Shown: positions 38,223 through 47,531 of the stretch, in pieces | Layout of the letters: the number at the start of each line of letters is the position of its first letter | Position numbering within the stretch: position 1 is the first letter of the stretch | Source: a bacterium | GTDB lineage: Bacteria; Patescibacteriota; Patescibacteriia; UBA9934; GWF2-40-263 | Length of the DNA: 47,531 bases | Direction: 5' to 3' | NCBI GenBank assembly: GCA_020051955.1 | Contig: JAGVQB010000014.1 | Span: 1-47,531 of the forward strand | Program-made: the position numbers and the translations under genes | The notes under the pieces: generated by a model | Databases searched by the model: none | What the model saw: only the letters and a program-made list of their open reading frames with translations | Told to the model about the DNA's origin: nothing

Positions 38223-39955
38223 ACACACGTTGGGTTCTTGAGGAACCGATCACAGATGAAATTAAGCAACGGTTTCCGGAGGTTGGTCCGGTGCTGTTGC
38301 AGTTGTTGTGGAATCGAGGAGTGCGAACAAGGGGAGAGATGGATGTGTACTTGGGGCCAGACTGGAGTCGTGACACATACTCACCGAGTTTGTTTTTGAA
38401 TATGCCACGGGCTGTTGCCCGTGTTTTTGAGGCGCTGAAAAGTGGGGAGGTCATTGTCGTGCACGGTGATTACGACGCTGACGGAGTGTGTGGATCCGCG
38501 GTAATGATTGCGACGTTACGGGATATTGGTCGCGCGTTGTGTTTTGAAAATTTGGTCATCTCTTACATTCCGCATCGAGAGAAGGAAGGTTACGGAATGT
38601 CAGTGGAAACGGTTGAACATTTACACTCTCACGATAAATGCGGACTTATTATTACGGTTGACTGTGGGATCAGCAACAAGAGCGCGATCGATCGCGCTCG
38701 CGAGTTGGGAATTGATACGATCGTGTGCGACCATCACACAATGCCCGACGACATTCCCACTGACGCGATTCTGATCCACCCGCTTGTTCCAGGCGAGACA
38801 TATCCAAACAAACAATTATGTGGCACTGGTGTCGCGTTCAAGTTCGCGAGCGCGCTTTTGGAAGAGGCACGACAGCGTGGTGGGTTATTATCTGATGGAC
38901 ACGAAAAGTGGCTTTTGGATCTTGTCGCGATCGCGACCGTAACGGATGTTGTGCCGCTTGTCGGAGAGAATCGTGTGTTGGAGCGTTACGGACTTTTAGT
39001 GCTCAACAAGACGCGACGAAAGGGGATACAGAAATTACTCGACGTTGCTGGCTCAAAAGTTGGCGCGCTTGATACGGTTTCGATTGGGTTTCAGATCGGC
39101 CCGCGGTTAAACGCCGCGGGACGCATGGCGCACGCGAGCGCGGCGCTTGACCTACTGCTTGAGGAAGACGATTCGCGCGCGACACAGCTCGCGATGCAAT
39201 TGCACGAAACGAACACGCACAGACAAAAGGCGTCGCAGGCAATGTACTTAGCGGCGCGAGAACAAGTTGAAAAAAAATCCAGTGATAAAATTTTAGTAGC
39301 GGTTGGAGATGGGTGGGGCGCTGGATTGGTAGGGCTTGTTGCTGGCAAATTGAATCATGAGTTCCACAAACCAGTGCTCGTTGTGGGCAAAGACGCGGAT
39401 CGGTACGTCGGTTCCGGCCGTAGCATCGAAGGTTTTGACATTACGCGTGCGCTACACGCCGCCGCCGCGTATCTTGATAAGTTTGGCGGTCACCCGCAGG
39501 CGTGTGGGTTTTCCACGACAGGGGTTGAGAGGTTTGAGCAGGCAATATCAACAATGCAATTTTTCGCGGAACAAAACATTGATGATGATTTATTGTTGCC
39601 TTCGACGAAGATTGACGCGCAGATTACATTTGAGGAAATTGATTGGGAACTTTATGACAGTCTCGCGCAATTGCGACCGTTTGGAACTGGGAATCCAGAA
39701 CCGAAGTTTGTTTCTCGTGGCGTGCGGGTTGTTGCGATGAGTGTTGTTGGAGCAGACGGTAAGCATTTGCGTCTGCGTGTTGGGTCTCCAAATGGTAGAA
39801 TGATGCAAGCGATTGGTTTTGGGCTTGGCAGTCACTGCGCGAGTCTTACCCTTGGTCAGCCGATTGATTTGCTGTTTACCATCGACGTAAACGAATGGAA
39901 CGGAAATCGCGAACAGCAATTACGAGTTATCGATATTGATTTTCAAACAAAATAA
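38219..39955 (+). CDS. recJ: single-stranded-DNA-specific exonuclease RecJ
   Basis: DHH family motifs HGDYDADG, DCGI and CDHH, plus GGH. ATGA overlap with lepA. Confidence 0.9.
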   Translation: MNTRWVLEEPITDEIKQRFPEVGPVLLQLLWNRGVRTRGEMDVYLGPDWSRDTYSPSLFLNMPRAVARVFEALKSGEVIVVHGDYDADGVCGSAVMIATLRDIGRALCFENLVISYIPHREKEGYGMSVETVEHLHSHDKCGLIITVDCGISNKSAIDRARELGIDTIVCDHHTMPDDIPTDAILIHPLVPGETYPNKQLCGTGVAFKFASALLEEARQRGGLLSDGHEKWLLDLVAIATVTDVVPLVGENRVLERYGLLVLNKTRRKGIQKLLDVAGSKVGALDTVSIGFQIGPRLNAAGRMAHASAALDLLLEEDDSRATQLAMQLHETNTHRQKASQAMYLAAREQVEKKSSDKILVAVGDGWGAGLVGLVAGKLNHEFHKPVLVVGKDADRYVGSGRSIEGFDITRALHAAAAYLDKFGGHPQACGFSTTGVERFEQAISTMQFFAEQNIDDDLLLPSTKIDAQITFEEIDWELYDSLAQLRPFGTGNPEPKFVSRGVRVVAMSVVGADGKHLRLRVGSPNGRMMQAIGFGLGSHCASLTLGQPIDLLFTIDVNEWNGNREQQLRVIDIDFQTK

Positions 39956-39957
39956 AT

Positions 39958-40362
39958 ATGCGCGTGAAAATATATACGGACGGGGGGTCGCGAGGGAATC
40001 CAGGACCCGCGGCTTCAGGAGCGGTTTTGAAGTCGTCATCGGGCGAGAAGCTCGCGGAGATTTCGAAGTATCTTGGCGTCACGACTAACAATCAAGCCGA
40101 ATACTGCGCTATTATTTTGGGTCTAAAAAAAGCGGCGGAGCTTGGCGCTACACAGGTTGATTTGCTAATGGATTCGGAGCTCGCGGTTAAACAGCTTAAA
40201 GGTGAGTATCGAGTGAAGAACCCCGAGATCGCAAAGCGGTTTCTTGAGATAAAAAATTTACTAACGCGGTTTGATCGTTTCAGCATCGTTCATATCAGGC
40301 GCGAATTGAACGCGCAAGCGGACGCTATCGTGAACAAGTGCTTGGATGAAAATTGGAGATGA
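39958..40362 (+). CDS. rnhA: ribonuclease HI
   Basis: IYTDGGSRGNPGPAA, NNQAEY and DSELAVKQL. Confidence 0.85.
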   Translation: MRVKIYTDGGSRGNPGPAASGAVLKSSSGEKLAEISKYLGVTTNNQAEYCAIILGLKKAAELGATQVDLLMDSELAVKQLKGEYRVKNPEIAKRFLEIKNLLTRFDRFSIVHIRRELNAQADAIVNKCLDENWR

Positions 40363-40381
40363 TTGTGGTATGATTGGGGAA

Positions 40382-40405
40382 AGTCGTTGAGTCGTTGAGT
40401 TAGTA
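40382..40405 (+). repeat. junction microsatellite (8-nt units)
   Basis: agtcgttg-agtcgttg-agttagta. Confidence 0.7.
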
Positions 40406-40433
40406 ATACTTGATGACTAGACGGATTAGCACT

Positions 40434-41543
40434 ATGAATTTTTTTGGAAAGAAAAAAACAAAAAGCTTTTTGGGTGTTGATATAGGTGAAAGCAGTTTGA
40501 AAGTAGTTGAGTTTGGGTCAGTAAGGGGAAAGGCATCGCTACTTACATATGGGTACGCGGAATTGCCAGGCGCGGAGGCTGGCGAAACACTATTGAATAA
40601 TCCTAAGGTAGCTGGCGAATTGCTTGCTCGTTTGTGTAAAGAAGCAGGTGTCAAAGCCACTTCCGCGATGGCCGCTTTGCCCACCTCAAATATTTTTTCC
40701 GCGGTTCTCTCGATTCCAAACGGAAAGGATCCTCGCGCGCGCCAAGTGGCAGTGAACACTGAAGTAAGCAAGCTGACTCCACTTCCTGTTACTGAGATGA
40801 TAATGCAGACGACGTTTCTGGATGAAGAAAAAAAATCGTCAAAAAAGGAAAAGGTCGTCGCGTCAGAACCGTTAAAACAAAAAGGTGATAATTTTCGCGT
40901 ACTCGTAACTGGAGCGGCGAAGACGTTTATCCAGAAATACATTGAGACGTTCAAGGCGGCGAATCTAAACCTTCAAGCAATTGACATTGAAGCGCTGGCG
41001 CTTGTTCGTTCGCTGGTTGGCAAAGACAAGGGTGCGATTCTTATTTTGGATATTGGAGGAAAGCGTACTAACATTCTCATCGTTGAAAAAGGAATTCCGT
41101 TTGTGTCGCGTTCAGTGACGATTGGTGGTAATACAATTACAGGACTAATCATGCGGCAGATGGGCACGCAGGAAGCGCAAGCAGAACGAGCAAAACGCGA
41201 TCTTGGAGCTATGGAAACAAGCGCGTCTGATTTAGCTGGCGGATTACCAAAACTTCTTGAGCCAATCATGCTCCCACTTGTAAACGAGATTCGTTACGCG
41301 ATTCAATTGTATTCAGGTATGGAGCTTTCGCAAATTAGAAAAGTTGAAAAAATTATCATAACCGGAGGGTCGGCGCATTTGCCACGTATACCAGAATACT
41401 TAGCCAGCGTTTTGAACATGAACGTTTATCGCGGAGACCCATGGGCTCGCGTTGTTTATCCCGCGGAGCTTTCTGCCGTACTGGAAGAAATTGGTCCAAG
41501 GATGAGTGTCGCGGTAGGGCTGGCAATGCGCGAACTAGAGTAA
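40434..41543 (+). CDS. pilM: type IV pilus assembly protein PilM
   Basis: FLGVDIGESSLKVVEF and an actin-like ATPase layout (DIGGKRT, ITGGSA). Confidence 0.85.
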   Translation: MNFFGKKKTKSFLGVDIGESSLKVVEFGSVRGKASLLTYGYAELPGAEAGETLLNNPKVAGELLARLCKEAGVKATSAMAALPTSNIFSAVLSIPNGKDPRARQVAVNTEVSKLTPLPVTEMIMQTTFLDEEKKSSKKEKVVASEPLKQKGDNFRVLVTGAAKTFIQKYIETFKAANLNLQAIDIEALALVRSLVGKDKGAILILDIGGKRTNILIVEKGIPFVSRSVTIGGNTITGLIMRQMGTQEAQAERAKRDLGAMETSASDLAGGLPKLLEPIMLPLVNEIRYAIQLYSGMELSQIRKVEKIIITGGSAHLPRIPEYLASVLNMNVYRGDPWARVVYPAELSAVLEEIGPRMSVAVGLAMRELE

Positions 41544-41544
41544 T

Positions 41545-42447
41545 ATGCCGAGACCTAAAAAGAAGTCATTGTTAATTGTGGATGCGGATGTTCGTTTGGC
41601 AAAAATATATGCCGGAAGGTTTGAGGAAGTTGGATGGCGAGTGCTTGTGACGCAAAAAGTTGCTGACGCGAAGAAGCGGATTGCTCGCTTGGTTCCAGAC
41701 GCGTTGATGATAGATCCAACGCAGGAGGGCGCGGACTTTCAAAAAGAGTTGCGAGAAGATCCAAAGACCGCCGCTGTCGTTCAGGTTGTACTTACGAACG
41801 CGGTTGATCGAAACACGATCGCGCGAGCAGTCGTTGCCAACGCTGATGCTTATTTTCTAAAATCGCACACTGCCCCTGGGCAGGTCGTGCGGAAAATCAA
41901 ACAGTTACTCGATATGAACACGCAAAAAAAATCTGTTCAGTCAATAAACGATCAAAGCGGCTTCACGTTAGTTGAGTTGCTTGTAGTGATCGCGATTGTT
42001 GCTCTCGTGATCGTGTTTGCCGCGATCGCGGTTGACTCCGCTCGTTCTAAACAACGTGACGTGACGCGCCTTTCCAACGTGCGGCAGGTGCAATCAGCTC
42101 TTGAAGATTTTTTTAATGAGAGTAACGCGTATCCAAACGGTGAGATGATGCCGTTGGGCGATGTCGCGCAAAGCGCGTGTTTGGGCGCGAGTGGATTTGC
42201 GGCGGATTGTGTTACGTCAGACTCAACATTTTTGCGCGTTGTTCCTGGCGCTTATGAGGATGGTCTCGACAGTATTGTGACGTGTGGCGAACCTGCGCGC
42301 CGAGCGTTTTGTTATTCAAAGCGACAGGACGGAGAATCTTATGTAATCTATTTTGAATTGGAAAATAATTTTGGGCCTGTCGGTCTGCAAAGCGGTGTGA
42401 ATTGCGCCACGCCAGAGGGAATGGAGGCTGGGATATGTCCAGAATAG
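41545..42447 (+). CDS. receiver (REC)-like domain fused in frame to a type IV prepilin
   Basis: REC-like LLIVDAD...PDALMIDP...VVLTN...YFLKSH. This is followed by the prepilin signature G/FTLVELLVVIAIVALV (Glu5 present). An internal ATG at 41914 would give the canonical 16-aa leader MNTQKKSVQSINDQSG. Confidence 0.7.
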   Translation: MPRPKKKSLLIVDADVRLAKIYAGRFEEVGWRVLVTQKVADAKKRIARLVPDALMIDPTQEGADFQKELREDPKTAAVVQVVLTNAVDRNTIARAVVANADAYFLKSHTAPGQVVRKIKQLLDMNTQKKSVQSINDQSGFTLVELLVVIAIVALVIVFAAIAVDSARSKQRDVTRLSNVRQVQSALEDFFNESNAYPNGEMMPLGDVAQSACLGASGFAADCVTSDSTFLRVVPGAYEDGLDSIVTCGEPARRAFCYSKRQDGESYVIYFELENNFGPVGLQSGVNCATPEGMEAGICPE

Positions 42448-42456
42448 TGTGAGCGA

Positions 42457-42586
42457 GAGACCGTTGAAAAACTCGCGATCTTGCCTTTCACGGGGACTCC
42501 GCCACCTCCTCACCGTGGGATTTACCCACGTCTCGGAGGCTGGCTTCCCCGTTCAAGGCAATCTCATCGAGTTTTTCAACGGTCTC
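42457..42586. repeat. Rod-3: 130-nt rod hairpin closed by a perfect 19-bp inverted repeat
   Basis: gagaccgttgaaaaactcg (42457-42475) pairs with cgagtttttcaacggtctc (42568-42586). Inner pairings are ttgcctt/aaggcaa, acgggga/tccccgt and cctcc/ggagg, with apex cgtggg-attt-acccacg. A T7 run follows at 42597-42603. Confidence 0.85.
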
Positions 42587-42601
42587 AGCGAGAGCGTTTT
42601 T

Positions 42602-45060
<2,459 letters not shown>

Positions 45061-45103
45061 ATTTTTTTGTTTGATTAGGGCACGTGTTAATAAAAAAAGA
45101 TTT

Positions 45104-45406
45104 ATGTTTTCAAATGAACAAACTCTCCAAATCGCCAAGCTGGCGCGGTTGAGATTAAGTGATGAGGAGGTTGAGCTATATGGAAACCAGCTTGGTTCGA
45201 TTTTGGGGTACGTTGAGAAGTTGCAGGAGCTTGATACAGAAAACGTACCAGAATTACAGCACGCGGCGCAGTTGCAAAATGTATTTAGAGACGACGTGGT
45301 GAATCAGTGTAGCGAGGAATCCAGGAAGCGCGCGTTAGATAATTTTTCAAATCGAGAAGGCGACCTGCTGAAGGTGCAAGCCGTGTTTGAGAACAGGACT
45401 GAATAA
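45104..45406 (+). CDS. gatC: Asp/Glu-tRNA amidotransferase subunit C
   Basis: IAKLARLRLSDEE...LGYVEKLQELDT, positioned before gatA. Confidence 0.85.
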   Translation: MFSNEQTLQIAKLARLRLSDEEVELYGNQLGSILGYVEKLQELDTENVPELQHAAQLQNVFRDDVVNQCSEESRKRALDNFSNREGDLLKVQAVFENRTE

Positions 45407-45407
45407 T

Positions 45408-46853
45408 ATGGATACGAAAGACATGACAATTAAAGAGATGAAGGATTGTCTCGCGAGCGGGGAGCTAACCTCCTGTGAGATTGTTTCGCAGGCGCTAGAT
45501 CGAATTAAGGAATCAAACGACGAGTTGAACTCGTTTCTTTCAGTTTCTGATTCAGCTCTTGAAGAGGCCACGGCGATTGATAAGAGGCGCGCGGCGGGCG
45601 AGGATCTTGGTTTGCTCGCGGGCATCCCGGTCGCGATCAAGGACAACATGCTTGTGAAGGGTTGGGAGGTAACGGCTGGTTCGCAGATTCTCGAAGGGCA
45701 CATTGGAGCGTACGACGCGACCGTTGTGCAAAGGTTGAAAGCCGCTGGAGCGATATTGATTGGGCGCACAAATATGGACGAGTTCGCGATGGGTTCATCA
45801 AACGAGAACTCGCACTATGGCCCAACAAAAAATCCATGGGACAAGACTCGCGTGCCAGGAGGCTCGAGTGGTGGATCAGCCGTTGCAGTTGCTGCTGGGT
45901 TTGTGAGCGCGGCGCTTGGCTCTGACACAGGCGGGTCTGTGCGTCAACCGGCCGCGTTGTGTGGCGTGGTTGGGCTCAAGCCCACGTACGGTCGAGTTTC
46001 GCGTAGCGGTCTCATATCGCTCGCGTCGAGTTTGGATCAGGTTGGCACGCTCACGCGCAGTGTTGAGGACGCCGCGCTGATGTTGCAGGTCATCGAGGGG
46101 AAAGATCCTATGGATAGCACGTCTGCTGAGTTGTCGCAGGTTACAATTCCAGAGTTGATTGAAAAGGATTTGAAGGGAATGAAACTTGGTCTGCCAAAAG
46201 AATATTTTCTTGAGGGGATGGATCCAGAAGTTAAACGGTCAGTGATGGAAGCGGTTGAAAATCTCGAGCGCATGGGCGCGACCATTAAAGAAGTTTCACT
46301 TCCACACACCCAGTACGCGCTTGCGGCCTACTACATCATCCAGCCATCAGAGGCGAGTTCCAACCTTGGGCGTTTTGATGGATTGCGCTATGGGTACCAT
46401 TCTGGCGGAGAAAATTTGTTGGACACCTACGAACGAACGCGCGGTGAAGGGTTTGGTGCTGAAGTGAAACGTAGAATCATGCTTGGATCATATACGTTGT
46501 CCGCTGGGTATTGTGATGCGTATTATAAAAAAGCCCTCAAGGTTAGGACACTGATCAAGCGCGACTTTGATGAGGTGTTTAAGGATGTCGACGCGCTTAT
46601 TACGCCGACGACTCCATCGGTTGCCTGGCCGCTTGGCGAGAAGTTCAACGACCCTCTCACAATGTATCTTTCTGACATCTACACTGTCACTGCCAACCTC
46701 GCGATGGTTCCGGCGATGTCTGTCCCATGCGGGTTTGTAAATAATCTGCCAGTCGGTCTTCAGATATTTGCGCCAGCTTTTGATGAATACACATTGTTCA
46801 AAGTCGGCTCTGTATATCAATCCAAAACTGACTGGCACAAACGTTGTCCTTAA
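45408..46853 (+). CDS. gatA: Asp/Glu-tRNA amidotransferase subunit A
   Basis: Amidase signature [14 protein letters not shown] and the catalytic context IKDN...GS. Confidence 0.95.
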   Translation: MDTKDMTIKEMKDCLASGELTSCEIVSQALDRIKESNDELNSFLSVSDSALEEATAIDKRRAAGEDLGLLAGIPVAIKDNMLVKGWEVTAGSQILEGHIGAYDATVVQRLKAAGAILIGRTNMDEFAMGSSNENSHYGPTKNPWDKTRVPGGSSGGSAVAVAAGFVSAALGSDTGGSVRQPAALCGVVGLKPTYGRVSRSGLISLASSLDQVGTLTRSVEDAALMLQVIEGKDPMDSTSAELSQVTIPELIEKDLKGMKLGLPKEYFLEGMDPEVKRSVMEAVENLERMGATIKEVSLPHTQYALAAYYIIQPSEASSNLGRFDGLRYGYHSGGENLLDTYERTRGEGFGAEVKRRIMLGSYTLSAGYCDAYYKKALKVRTLIKRDFDEVFKDVDALITPTTPSVAWPLGEKFNDPLTMYLSDIYTVTANLAMVPAMSVPCGFVNNLPVGLQIFAPAFDEYTLFKVGSVYQSKTDWHKRCP

Positions 46854-46882
46854 TCACCTTCCACACCTTCCACACCTTCCCC
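46854..46882 (+). repeat. junction microsatellite (9-nt units, pyrimidine-rich)
   Basis: tcaccttcc-acaccttcc-acaccttcc-cc. This is the reverse-complement flavour of Rep-F. Confidence 0.75.
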
Positions 46883-47531
46883 ATGCTCCCTTACTTCCAA
46901 ATCACCACAATCCACCTCGGCCCCATTCCCATCCAGGCATGGGGTCTTATGGTCGCGCTTGGGATACTCGCGGGCTTGTGGGCGGCGTTACGAATGGCGC
47001 GTCAGCGCGGCTTGGACAAACAGATTATTTTGGATCTGGCAGGATGGGTGATTGTGTCGGCGTTTGTAATGGCGCGATTGTTTCACTGTCTCTACGAGCC
47101 GGTTGTTTTTTTCAACGATCCGATCGAGCTACTGCGAATTTGGCACGGCGGGTATTCGATTATGGGAGGGTTTCTTGGCGCGGTGATTGCTGGCGTTTGG
47201 TTTCTAAAAAGACGAAAAGTTGATGTGTTGGCGTATGCGGACACAGTTGTGTTTGGACTCCCGCTTGGAATTTTTATTGGACGCATTGGGTGCTTTTTTA
47301 TCCACGATCATCCAGGCACGCTGACGGATTTTGTCTTGGCTGTTAAATATCCTGGTGGTGCGAGACACGACCACGGCTTGTACGATTCGATCAATGGTTT
47401 GATTTTGTTCGTTCTGTTTGTTTGGTTGGCAAGACACAACGCAAGGACAGGAACCTACGTGATAGTCTTTTTGATCTGGTATGGTGTTGCGCGTTTTTTC
47501 CTCGACTTCTTGCGCGCGACAGATGGCGCAA
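46883..47531 (+). CDS. lgt: prolipoprotein diacylglyceryl transferase (3' end truncated by the window edge)
   Basis: My own translation reads MLPYFQITTIHLGPIPIQAWGLMVALGILAG...IWHGGYSIMGGFLGAV...GRIGCFFIHDHPG...WYGVARFFLDFLR. It is not in the ORF track because no stop falls in the window. Confidence 0.85.
   Translation, partial: MLPYFQITTIHLGPIPIQAWGLMVALGILAGLWAALRMARQRGLDKQIILDLAGWVIVSAFVMARLFHCLYEPVVFFNDPIELLRIWHGGYSIMGGFLGAVIAGVWFLKRRKVDVLAYADTVVFGLPLGIFIGRIGCFFIHDHPGTLTDFVLAVKYPGGARHDHGLYDSINGLILFVLFVWLARHNARTGTYVIVFLIWYGVARFFLDFLRATDGA

Noticed and set aside
46768-47223. Track ORF 46768-47223 (+)
   Set aside because: It is out of frame with both gatA and lgt. The real gene here is lgt (46883 onward), which the track misses because it has no stop in the window.

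Overview
This 47.5-kb window looks like part of a small, streamlined genome, possibly Patescibacteria/CPR-like. That placement is an inference from gene content, not from a search. Most genes are + strand housekeeping genes, where hand spot-counts of individual 60-nt lines give roughly 43-50% G+C. They include a tRNA-Pro pair, truD, ftsI-murF, uvrB-uvrA-(cupredoxin)-uvrC, mraZ-rsmH-ftsL-like, cysS, dnaX, tRNA-Gln, rimK-like, dus, a thioredoxin-like/VKOR pair, a beta-CASP RNase, lepA-recJ-rnhA, pilM-pilin-prepilin peptidase, and ligA-gatC-gatA-lgt. I recognised no rRNA, CRISPR array, transposase or integrase.

Five things stand out:
1. Several families of short G-rich or palindromic repeats fill the intergenic junctions (named here Rep-A to Rep-F, plus long 'rod' hairpins with perfect 18-20 bp terminal inverted repeats). 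They are also inserted IN FRAME at least 12 times into conserved genes: uvrA x3, uvrB x2, uvrC x2, lepA x2, dnaX, rimK and one secreted protein. This resembles the palindromic elements of Rickettsia.
2. Two small nuclease genes (GxxExxY/PD-(D/E)XK and DUF559) each sit between inverted copies of one of these repeat families.
3. There is a mosaic of monocistronic, clearly GC-richer islands, spot-counted at about 55-67% G+C: a 222-aa orphan, a non-RD kinase-like protein, a membrane protein, a zinc-ribbon protein, and a protein combining sigma-70 region 4 with an RNA polymerase alpha-CTD-like domain. There is also one AT-richer 488-aa orphan.
4. A receiver (REC)-like domain is fused in frame upstream of a canonical type IV prepilin.
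5. A translationally coupled three-gene module is built around a membrane-anchored TraD/VirD4/HerA-like ATPase.

All family assignments rest on motifs read by eye. No database search was possible.
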